From Planctomycetota bacterium (GTDB lineage Bacteria > Planctomycetota > UBA8742 > SKZP01), in assembly GCA_050249295.1 (NCBI GenBank), contig JBFWQT010000002.1, positions 1 to 59,998 on the forward strand: a stretch of 59,998 bases of DNA, in the 5' to 3' direction. Positions 32,867 through 41,400 of this stretch are shown here, one piece after another (position 1 is the stretch's first letter; each line of letters starts with the position of its first letter). Made by a program: the position numbers and the translations under genes. Under the pieces are notes generated by a model. The model made no database searches, had not been told where the DNA came from, and was given only the letters and a program-made list of their open reading frames with translations.

Positions 32867-35182
32867 ATGAATCCAGAAGACGTCCTGAAGTGGGTCGACA
32901 CCATCCACCAGGAAAAGAACATCGAGCGCGAGCTGATCTTCGAGGCGCTCGAGACCGCCCTCTCCAAGGCCGCCGGCAAGAAGCTCGTCAACATTGACGC
33001 CGAGCCCGCCGTGATCATCAACCGCGAGACCGGCGACGTCACCTTCTACGAGGTGGAGGTCGAAGAGCAGGAAGACGAGGAATACAACGAGGACACCGGC
33101 GAGATGGAGCCGGTGATCAAGAAGATCCGCCACATCAAGGAAGACGAGGTCATCCCGATTGACCCCGGCGCGCTGGGCCGCGTGGCCGCGCAGACGGCCA
33201 AGCAGGTGATCATCCAGCGCATCCGCGAGGCCGAGCGCGACGCGATCTACGACGAGTATGCCGACCGCAAGGGCGACATCGTCAGCTGCACGGTGCAGCG
33301 CGTCGAGGCCAACAACAACATCATCTGCACGCTCGACAACCGCACCGAGGCGTTCTTCCCGCGCTGGGAGCAGGTCCGCGACGAGCACTACGACGTCGGC
33401 GAGCGCGTCAAGTCGCTGATCCTCGACGTCAAGAAGTCGGGCGGCCAGAAGGTCAAGATCATCCTCTCGCGCACGCACCCCAACTTCGTGCGCAAGCTGT
33501 TCGAGCAGGAAGTGCCCGAGATCGCCGACCACACGATCGACATCAAGGCGCTGGTGCGCGAGCCGGGCTACCGCAGCAAGGTGGCGGTCAGCAGCATCGA
33601 CCCGACCAAGATCGACCCGGTCGGCGCCTGCGTCGGCGTGCGCGGCAGCCGCATCAAGGGCATCATCGACGAGCTCAACGGCGAGAAGATCGACATCATC
33701 CGCTGGAACGACTCGGCCGAAGTGCTGATCCAGAACGCGCTGAAGCCGGCGGCGATCGCCAGCATCACGCTCGACTACGACCACACCAAGGCGCGCGTCG
33801 TCGTCCCCGACGACCAGCTCTCGCTCGCCATCGGCAAGGGCGGCCAGAACGTGCGGCTCGCGTCGCGCCTCTCGGGCTGGGACATCGACATCATGAGCCA
33901 GGCGCAGGAGCGCGCCCTCGGCTACCGCGCGATCGCCAAGTTCCAGACGATCCCGACGGTGGACGAGGAACTCGCGACGCGCCTGTTCAATGCGGGCTAC
34001 ACGACGTTCGACCAGCTGCTGGAGGCCGGGCCTGACATGCTGCGCGATCGCGCCGACGGCGTGAACGAGGAGCATGCCAACGGCATCTGCGAGTGGCTCG
34101 AGAACGTCGACGAGGAGGAGTACTACCGCGAGGTCGTCGTCGATCTGCCGCCGGAGCTGGCGCCGGTCAGCCCGGCCGAGAAGATGGCGCGGCTGTTCGG
34201 TGGTGGTGGCGGCGGCGGTGGCGAGGCCGAAGGCGAGGGTGCCGATCTCGGTGGTGGTGCCGCTGGCAACGGCGGCCCGCGCTCCGCGACCGAGCTGTTC
34301 AGCAAGAAGGATGCGCCGGCCGGGGCCGACGCGCCCGCTGCGGACGGGCCGGTCGTTGAGGGCCTCGATGTCGCGCGCATCGCCGAGTGGACCGCCATGC
34401 TGCCCGGCGGCCAGAAGGACATGCTGGCCACCGCGAAGGCCGCGACCGACGGCGACAAGGGTCTCACGCCCGACGCGTGGCGCGCGGTGTTCGACGCGCG
34501 CGGCTGGAAGGGCGACGACTACGACCTGTTCATGACGCAGTTCGAGGACGGCGATGCCGACTACCTCGCGGGGTTCGTCGGTGCGAGCAGCGCGCTGATC
34601 GCCGCGGCAAGCAGCGGCGACGACGACAGCGTGCGCGAGGCGCTCGGCGAGATGGCCGACTACAACGGCCTCACGCTCTCGCTCGTCAGCACGCTGCCGA
34701 TGCTCCGCAACCCGGCGACGCAGCCGCTGATCGACTGGACCAGCGCGCTGCTGCTGATGTGCAAGGCCGACGCGGCGGGCAACAAGAACCCGCTGCTGGT
34801 GGCTGTGCCGGCGCTCGACGATCTGCTCGGCGATGCGATTCCGTCGCGGCCGATGTCGCCGCCGTCGCTGGCCGAACTCGGCGCGTGGCTGCGCGACAGC
34901 GCGTGCCTCGATTCGCTGCTGCCCGGATTCCGCGCGGTGGCCGAGGCCGCGGGCAAATCCGTCGGCGACACCAGCGTCGCACTGTGGGCACTCGGCCTGC
35001 GCGGCGTAGACCTCAACATGAAGAAGGGCGAGTGGAAGTTCCGCAAGGCCACCGACTCGGCCAGGGTGACCGCGCTGGGCTTCGACCCCGACTTCGCGCT
35101 GTTCATGGATGAGCAAGCCGCGGAAGAGGGCGACGCCGACGCCGACGCCGAGGGTGAGGGCGACGCCGACGCCGAGGAGTAG
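32867..35182 (+). CDS. nusA: Transcription termination/antitermination factor NusA with an acidic insertion and a long C-terminal extension (771 aa)
   Basis: ATG 32867 ([40 protein letters not shown] = NusA NTD) after AGGCAGGAAAC. S1 region: [14 protein letters not shown]1: [30 protein letters not shown]2: [25 protein letters not shown]. One HhH-like AR module, then a Gly run (34199-34222) and an unrecognised tail. The track start 32642 is an upstream extension. Confidence 0.9.
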   Translation: MNPEDVLKWVDTIHQEKNIERELIFEALETALSKAAGKKLVNIDAEPAVIINRETGDVTFYEVEVEEQEDEEYNEDTGEMEPVIKKIRHIKEDEVIPIDPGALGRVAAQTAKQVIIQRIREAERDAIYDEYADRKGDIVSCTVQRVEANNNIICTLDNRTEAFFPRWEQVRDEHYDVGERVKSLILDVKKSGGQKVKIILSRTHPNFVRKLFEQEVPEIADHTIDIKALVREPGYRSKVAVSSIDPTKIDPVGACVGVRGSRIKGIIDELNGEKIDIIRWNDSAEVLIQNALKPAAIASITLDYDHTKARVVVPDDQLSLAIGKGGQNVRLASRLSGWDIDIMSQAQERALGYRAIAKFQTIPTVDEELATRLFNAGYTTFDQLLEAGPDMLRDRADGVNEEHANGICEWLENVDEEEYYREVVVDLPPELAPVSPAEKMARLFGGGGGGGGEAEGEGADLGGGAAGNGGPRSATELFSKKDAPAGADAPAADGPVVEGLDVARIAEWTAMLPGGQKDMLATAKAATDGDKGLTPDAWRAVFDARGWKGDDYDLFMTQFEDGDADYLAGFVGASSALIAAASSGDDDSVREALGEMADYNGLTLSLVSTLPMLRNPATQPLIDWTSALLLMCKADAAGNKNPLLVAVPALDDLLGDAIPSRPMSPPSLAELGAWLRDSACLDSLLPGFRAVAEAAGKSVGDTSVALWALGLRGVDLNMKKGEWKFRKATDSARVTALGFDPDFALFMDEQAAEEGDADADAEGEGDADAEE

Positions 35183-35208
35183 TCTGCCGCGAGGGGCGGA
35201 ACAACTTT

Positions 35209-35256
35209 CCGGGCGAGCCGGGCACGCGCTGCCTGGCTCGCCCGGTTGTGGTTTCG
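35209..35256 (+). terminator. Intrinsic-terminator-like hairpin after nusA (convergent with DUF2188 gene)
   Basis: CCGGGCGAGCC (35209-35219) pairs perfectly with GGCTCGCCCGG (35235-35245), 11 bp with a 15-nt loop, followed by TTGTGGTTTCG. Confidence 0.55.
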
Positions 35257-35287
35257 CAATGGCCGCGTCGCGTCGAGATGCGGCGGC

Positions 35288-35575
35288 TCAGCCCTTGTAG
35301 CGCTCCGGATCGCCGCCGTAGGTGTACTCGGTCTGGATCACGCCGTCCTTCTTGTGAACCTTGAGCTGGCCGAGTGCGTGCTGCTTCGCGAGCTTGCGGC
35401 CAGCCTCCACGGCCGCGACCTTGGTGTCGTGCGTGCTCGACGCCGACGACTTGCCAGCTTCCTTCACTTCCCACCCGCCGGCCTTGCGCGGCAGCACGTG
35501 GTAGGTGACGCGCGGTCCCTTCGCAGCCGGCGCAGCCTTCTTCTTGCTGGCCTTCGACGCCTTCTTCTTCGCCAT
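35288..35575 (-). CDS. DUF2188-family small protein (95 aa)
   Basis: ATG 35575 with GGAG 8 nt upstream. YHVLPRKAGGWEVKEAGKSSASSTHDTKVAAVEAGRKLAKQHALGQLKVHKKDGVIQTEYTYGGDP matches the DUF2188 pattern (HV.P...GW.VK.eG..ra...f.tk.eAi..a..lAk......l.iH..dG.I). Confidence 0.8.
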   Translation of the reverse strand: MAKKKASKASKKKAAPAAKGPRVTYHVLPRKAGGWEVKEAGKSSASSTHDTKVAAVEAGRKLAKQHALGQLKVHKKDGVIQTEYTYGGDPERYKG

Positions 35576-35740
35576 GGTCGGCTCCGGTTGTGGTGGAGTG
35601 GAGTGAGTGGAGTGTGTCGGGCAGAAAGTCGGGAACGCCGACAGGATATCCGACCGCCACGTGGCGACGCACCATGAAGCTGGCAGTTGTTTGTCCGTGT
35701 CAGGGCCGGGATCGACCGCGAGCGGGGACCGTCGGCATCG

Positions 35741-37567
35741 TCACGCCAGGCGCATTCGCACCAGCAGATCGTCGAGTGCCGGCCGCGCACCCGGCGCCTC
35801 CGGCAAGTCACTCGAGCGCGACGCCTCATCGAGCATCGCGCCAAGCCGACGGCGGCACGCGTCGTGAACGTCGAGCGACGCGGCGCCGCTGACCTCGTCG
35901 AGGCGGACGTCCTCGCGGCCCGTCACCTTCGCGGCCATCAGGTCGTCGAGGCCAGGCGGACGATCGTGCGCCGCAACCACCTCGCGCGCCAGTCGCGGCA
36001 GATCGCACACCACCCGGCCGCTGCGCATCAGGTGGATTCCGGTGAGCAGCACACGATAGACGTAGAGCAGCGGCTTCACGCGCGCGCCCGCCGGCTCGGC
36101 CACGACCAGCTTCCACTGGCTGTCGGCAAAGCCGCGGTAGTGGTGCACGTGATGGCGTGTGATGCACGCCGGCGCCAGCGCACGCAGTTCGTCGTGCGCG
36201 GGGCCGGTGCGCACCACCAGCGGGCTGAGCAGTTGTTCCAGCACGTAGCCGTTCTTGCGCAGCAGCATCGCGATGAACTTCGACGCGTCGTGCGTGACGA
36301 TGTCCAGCGGACGGCCGGCCGCGTGACCGCCATCCTGCTCGATCGTCAACGGCCCCGGCTCGAGGCGCAACGCGAGCGCGGGCGGCAGCAGGTGCATGCC
36401 GCGCAGGTCCCAGTCGCTGTCGGGCGACGCGAATCCGTAGAGGTGCGCCCCGCTGACCGTCGCGAACACGACCGGCTGCGCATGCGCGTCGCACAGCTCG
36501 CCGAGCGCGTGCAGTTCGCCCGCCGACAGCCCGGCTGGCGCTGGCGGTGAGGTGGGTGCCGCGCCGACGCGACGCACCGGCCGATCCGCGTCGGCCGTCG
36601 CGCGGCGCACCTTGCGGAGGAACGCGTCGGCGCGATCGTAGTCGGGCCGTTCCGGCAATGTGGTGCGCTCGAACGCGCGATCGAACTGCCGGTGCAGGTC
36701 CAGCCGCCATGCGTCGACGTCGGGCCATGGCACCTCGCCACGCCGGATCGCCAGCAGCTGCTGGCGATGCGAGTCCACGCGCAGCACGATGTCGCCGTGT
36801 TCGAGCACCGCGATGCCGGAGAGCAGAAGGCGGATCAGGTGCATCGCGTGCTTCCACTTGATCGCCGGCGTGGCCGGATCGCCGCCGTCGCGCGCGTGGC
36901 GGCGCACGTCGCCTTCGAGCTTCTTGAACTGGCCCATCACGTAGCCGTTGTAGGTCTGGTACACGAGCCGCGAGAGGAACGCGGCGCGCATCGCCCGCAG
37001 CTCGCGGGCATGCTCGTTGGCCAGCTCCACCAGCGGCGTATAGAGGCACTCCAGCACAGCGGGGTTGGCCTTCAGCGCCAGCAGCAGGAACTTGCGCAGC
37101 TCCCAGTAGCACTCCTGCGTGGCGTCGTTCTCCAGCTGGCCCGGCACATCGATCAGCGACCAGTCGCGATCGGCGCTGGCCACAAAGATGCCGCGTCGGT
37201 CGACGTCGGATCCGTCGTGGTCGAGTCCGTATGCGCGGCTGCCGACCACACAGCGGTAGATGATACGGCTCCACAGTTCGTCGCGATCGGCGGCGGTGTC
37301 GCCAGCGAGATCATCGCTCACCAGGTGCTTGCGGATCGCGAGGTCGTCGCGATGCAATGGCGCCTCGCTGCCATCCGGGAACTTCACGCGGTAGCGGTGG
37401 GCCGGGCTGACCGGTTGCGCCACAACCACGCCGACCGCACCGGCCGGATGCCGACCGGCCGTGGCGCTGTCGATTGCCACGCGAGTCACCACCTGCGTGC
37501 CGACCGGCAGCAGCAACACAGGCGACGACGACGCTGTGGTTGATGATGGATCCGGTCGCTCGCTCAC
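35741..37567 (-). CDS. Fusion of two Pol-beta-superfamily nucleotidyltransferase modules (RlaP-like 'predicted nucleotidyltransferase' family) behind a small beta-rich N-terminal domain
   Basis: Part of ORF 35741..38020(-). GTG 37567 is preceded by GGAGGG 9 nt upstream. NTase motif 1: VVGSRAYGLDHDGSDVDRRGIFV..WELRKFLLLALKANPAVLECLYTP. Motif 2: VSGAHLYGFASPDSDWDLRGMHL..KFIAMLLRKNGYVLEQLLSP. The track's extra 151 N-terminal residues are Arg/Ser/Gly-rich and span a DNA palindrome. Confidence 0.75.
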   Translation of the reverse strand: MSERPDPSSTTASSSPVLLLPVGTQVVTRVAIDSATAGRHPAGAVGVVVAQPVSPAHRYRVKFPDGSEAPLHRDDLAIRKHLVSDDLAGDTAADRDELWSRIIYRCVVGSRAYGLDHDGSDVDRRGIFVASADRDWSLIDVPGQLENDATQECYWELRKFLLLALKANPAVLECLYTPLVELANEHARELRAMRAAFLSRLVYQTYNGYVMGQFKKLEGDVRRHARDGGDPATPAIKWKHAMHLIRLLLSGIAVLEHGDIVLRVDSHRQQLLAIRRGEVPWPDVDAWRLDLHRQFDRAFERTTLPERPDYDRADAFLRKVRRATADADRPVRRVGAAPTSPPAPAGLSAGELHALGELCDAHAQPVVFATVSGAHLYGFASPDSDWDLRGMHLLPPALALRLEPGPLTIEQDGGHAAGRPLDIVTHDASKFIAMLLRKNGYVLEQLLSPLVVRTGPAHDELRALAPACITRHHVHHYRGFADSQWKLVVAEPAGARVKPLLYVYRVLLTGIHLMRSGRVVCDLPRLAREVVAAHDRPPGLDDLMAAKVTGREDVRLDEVSGAASLDVHDACRRRLGAMLDEASRSSDLPEAPGARPALDDLLVRMRLA

Positions 37568-37737
37568 GCGGCGTGCCCTCCGACTGCGCGGGTACCGGGA
37601 TAGTACGACGCCACTGTGTCGGCACCCCACCGACAGCGCATTGCTTCGCGTTCGGCAAGAGCCGCGACCTCGCGACCTCGCGCGCATCTCGCGGTTGCCT
37701 CCGCCGCTTGCGTGGCCGTCAGAGTGTTCCGATCCGA

Positions 37738-37841
37738 GGCGAGCCGGGGACGTGAGTCCCCGGAGGGGATTGCGGTCGCCCTCGCGCAATCGTCGTGCGC
37801 CCGTCGGCGTACCCCTCCGGGGACTTATGTCCCCGGCTCGC
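37738..37841. repeat. 104-bp near-perfect palindrome (30-nt terminal inverted repeats, 28/30) with nested hairpins; MITE/REP-like element
   Basis: Left arm: GCGAGCCGGGGAC-GTGA-GTCCCCGGAGGGG (37738-37767). Right arm: CCCCTCCGGGGAC-TTAT-GTCCCCGGCTCGC (37812-37841). The arms differ only in the tetraloops. Central hairpin: ATTGCG..CGCAAT (37768-37789). Confidence 0.8.
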
Positions 37842-37889
37842 CCGGAACCGGTACGCCCCAGAAAAGTTCTTAAAAACGCCGATTGTAAC

Positions 37890-37917
37890 TTGACTTTACA
37901 AACTCGTGGCGTATTAT
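37890..37917 (+). promoter_or_regulatory. Near-consensus sigma70-type promoter in the AT-richer intergenic region
   Basis: TTGACT (37890-37895), 16 nt, TATTAT (37912-37917). It sits in the lowest-GC stretch of the window, about 560 nt upstream of the next + strand ATG. Confidence 0.45.
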
Positions 37918-38049
37918 GGGGTGGAGGAGGAATGCTGGCTCGTTGGCATTGACATCTGTCGACCAGGCGTCTGCTGGAGGACGTCAAATCCGGGGGTTTT
38001 CCGTGACCGTGAATCGACATAAGTTGTTCAAAATAAATAACTTGTAAAT

Positions 38050-38169
38050 ATCACGGTGGCGATTTCACGACGGCCACACAACCCTTCTTTTCGCTCATAC
38101 GAGCCTTCACGAGCCCCATACGAGGCTTCACTCCACTTTCACCCCACTTTCACGTTTTTGAGCCCCATA
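38050..38169 (+). promoter_or_regulatory. Helically phased direct repeats (TTCAC cores), a candidate transcription-factor binding array
   Basis: TTCAC starts at 38064, 38106, 38127, 38138 and 38149 (spacings 42, 21, 11, 11). 15-mers CATACGAGCCTTCAC (38096-38110) and CATACGAGGCTTCAC (38117-38131). 10-mer CCACTTTCAC at 38133-38142 and 38144-38153. GAGCCCCATA at 38111-38120 and 38160-38169. Confidence 0.5.
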
Positions 38170-38340
38170 AACACGGGCTCTGCGGGCGACGGGGGTTATT
38201 CTCGGACTGATGTCATCCGGTCCGCCTGAACGAGAAGATGACGAAACGAACCCAATGAGGTCCCCGGTCCTGCCATCAGACAGCAACCCGCACGGCCGAC
38301 AAAACGAACCCATTTCGCCTTACGTGGCACCGCCCGAGCC

Positions 38341-38369
38341 TTGCAAACATCGGCCCTTTGCCGCATCAT
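38341..38369 (+). promoter_or_regulatory. Second, proximal candidate promoter for the GspK-like gene
   Basis: TTGCAA (38341-38346), 17 nt, CATCAT (38364-38369). Confidence 0.3.
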
Positions 38370-38483
38370 CACACATTCTCAACCGGCCCCCCTTGCCGGG
38401 GACAGAACGGCCGGCCCGGGTTGCGTCCATGCGGACGCGCGGGTCGGACGGAACGACCACACAGACGAACCAGGAGTTCGATC

Positions 38484-41400
38484 ATGTTGTCAACCACCGG
38501 ATGGCATCGACTGCGGGCCAGAGCGTCCCGCGGCACGGTGCTGATCATCGTGCTTGGCGTGCTCACCATCCTTTCGGTGATGGGTACCGCCTTCTCGCGC
38601 TTCATGCGCACCGAGCTGCAGGCCAGCAAGTACTTCGAGCTGCGCAAGAAGGCCGAGCAGCTGGCACACGACGGCATCGTCCTTGCCAGCGCCAAGCTCG
38701 CCGACTTCGCGGCCCAGCGGCACTACACGTCGCCGCTGAAGGCCGACTGGCCGTACGAGCATGACTACGCCACGGGCCGGCCCAATCCGTACACACCCGC
38801 GGCGGGCGGCGTCCCGGCCAAGGGGTTCGGCATGGTCCCGCTGCGCGACTCGGCTGACGTGAGCTTCCCTGAAGCCGCGCCGCCGGCCCCGCTGACCGTC
38901 GGCGAGATCTCGCACTACCGCCCCGGCGACACCAGCACCCTGGTGGCCGACGGCGACGTGCTCAAGCTCAAGGTCATCGAGTGCCAGAGCCAGATCAACG
39001 TCCGCTGGCTGAGCCACGCCACGTTCCAGACATTCCGTGACGCGCTCTGGGACCTCGGCGTGCAGATCTCGCTCGCCCGCTGCGGCAACTGGTTCGGCCA
39101 GAACCCGTTCCTGCAGGACGAAGATCACGTCGTCAACGGCGAGCAGGTCGTCACCTCGCTGTGGGCCGAGATCGACTCGGACGCGCAGATCAATCCGCCC
39201 GGCAACCAGAGCTATGCCGACCGCGAGTTCGGGTCGAAGCAGGAGTTCCTGGATTCGCTGCGCAACATCCACACCAACCTGAACATGCCCGACACGCTGT
39301 GGGAGCTTGCTCAGGACTACATCACCTGCACCAGCTGGCCGCTGATCGACGGCTACAACTCGGCGCCCAACCAGGTGGTCGAGGTGCACGATCCGGACGA
39401 GGACGGCGAAGACACCGACTACTACTGGCTCCGCGACGGTGTGCAGAACAACAACGCGAACTTCCCCGGCTTGAAGGAGATGTACAACCTCAAGCGCGTC
39501 GCGATGCCGCCGATCAACGTCAACACCGCCTCGCGCGAAGTGCTGATGATCCTGTTCAACCGGCTCAAGGGTGAGCGGGAATACAAGGACGTGCAGGGCC
39601 GCCAGTGGGTCGTCGACCCGCTCTACGGCATGCCCGACGTGGTCCGTCCGGCCAACACCGAGAACGGCATCGGCAACGACGGCAAGAACCGCGGCGACCT
39701 CCTCAACGTCGACGCCGCCAACGACGCCACACTGAAGTGGATCGAGATCGGGCCGTTCAACTCGGGCAACAGCACGAGCATCCTCGCCCACTCCAACGAG
39801 ATCCTCGTCGACCTGTTGCTGAAGGAGCGCGACAACCGGCCGTTCACCTCGTGGAACGACTTCGACATGCGCTTCATCTCGCGGCTCGACACCAAAGAGA
39901 ACGGCGGATTCACGGGCGACCAGTTCGGCATGCCCGAGGGCATTGCCGCGCTGCCGCACCCGCGCATCCCGTGGAACGACGGCGCCGAGCTGCCCGGCGT
40001 CAACAACGGCGCGCTCGGCAAGGTCGGCCTGATCGTCGGCGGCGTGATCAAGCCGCAGGCGTTCTCCACGCCGGACTGGGATCACTTCTGGTACGCGGCC
40101 TGCCGCGACCTGATCCGTGCCGCGCTGCAGCCCGCGCCGAAGGTCACGAAGTTCAATCCGGACGAGGCGTACTGGCAGGGCATCGACACGATCGATGTCA
40201 CGCAGCGCGTCGCGCCGGTGTGCTTCCACAGCTACGGCCTGTACGAGGTGACGTCGCTCGCGCAGCTGCGCGGACCGGTGTTCAACCCGCAGACCGGCGT
40301 CTACGACATCGCACCGGTGGTCAGCTCCACTGTGCGCGCCGTCGTCAAGGTGATGGACATCCTGCGTCACCACAGCCAGGCCGACTTCTGCACCGGCTTC
40401 GTGGCGTCGGGCACCAACCCGCCGAGCGCCAGCCTGCGATCGGCCACCAACCTGACTGCCAACGGCACGATCACGTTCCCCAATTCGGTCGACGAGAGCC
40501 GGCCGATCGGTCTGCACCAGTTCAATGTGGGCGCCAACCACGAAGCGCGCGGTGCGGGGGTGCCGCCGAGCAAGGACTTCGGCTACGTGCAGATCCGGCC
40601 CGAGGACCGGTCTCCGTATCAGCTGAGCTACTACACCGACGTGCTCGGCTATCTGCGGCGCATCACCAGCGGCGCGACGGCCGGCACGAACTTTGTCCAG
40701 CACTTCGAGGCCTCGGGTCTCGAGGTCAATGTTGCGCCGCAGGGTGTGTTCGCGGCGCAGAACCGCAACGACTTCGCCGCGGTGCCGCCGACGTTCGACT
40801 GGGGCCTGGGCAAGATGCTCGACCGCCTGAGCACCGCCAACAACAACGCCATCTCGCCGGAAGGCCGTGAGGGCGTGGCCGCGTTCACCGACTGCTACCC
40901 GGACGGCATCCACCTCTGGGGTCGCGGCCGCGAGCCCGATCTGCCGGAGTTCGGCGGTCAGTACTCGCCGCGCTACAAGCGCTACATCGCGGGTGCGGTT
41001 GATCCGTTCAAGGAGAACCCCGAGCAGGAAGCGAACCTGCCGTACAACCGCGGCACGATCGAGTTCTGGTGCAAGTTCCAGGATGACTGGTACGGCACCG
41101 AGAACTCGCTGCGCGCCCGCACGGGCCCGGGTCCGGACAAGGCCCTGCCCGGCAAGCGCAACGACGCGCAGCGCAACTCGTGGCACGCCGACAACTACTT
41201 CTGCGGGTTGTTCGGTGGCACCACGTTCCGCTACCGCGACGACCGCGCGGTCGGCGTGCAGATGTTCATCTACAAGGACGTCGGCATGCAGCTGAAGATC
41301 GTGCGCATGCTCTTTGCGCAGGCCTTCGAAGGCAACATCGACCCGGTCACCGGCAACATCGACCAGGTCAATGACCTTGGCGACCTTGCGGCCGAGATGA

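Noticed and set aside
35615-35650. RNase P RNA-like string CAGAAAGTCGGG
   Set aside because: The whole intergenic region is only 165 nt, far too short, and the match to the conserved GAGGAAAGUCCGGGC is imperfect.
37932-37952. Six-codon mini-ORF ATG CTG GCT CGT TGG CAT TGA (MLARWH) after GGAGGAGG, as a possible leader peptide
   Set aside because: The SD-to-ATG spacing is only 1-4 nt, the peptide has no run of regulatory codons, and I see no alternative terminator/antiterminator pair. This is insufficient support.
37924-38010. tmRNA or other known ncRNA starting GGGGTGGAGG... just downstream of the strong promoter
   Set aside because: I could find no T-arm (GGTTCGAATCC-like), CCA end or tag-peptide reading frame, and no clear terminator. 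I cannot assign an RNA family by eye. It is kept only as part of the regulatory-region finding.
37568-38020. N-terminal 151 codons of the 759-aa ORF 35741..38020(-)
   Set aside because: The composition is Arg/Ser/Gly-rich and non-protein-like. The stretch runs straight through the 104-bp palindrome and the AT-rich promoter region. A GTG with a GGAGGG SD at the right spacing exists at 37567.
38210-38764. 184-aa ORF and other small ORFs (38128..38313(-), 38341..38544(+)) in the long intergenic region
   Set aside because: They have no SD, a Pro/Arg/His-rich composition, and they overlap the well-supported GspK-like start in another frame.
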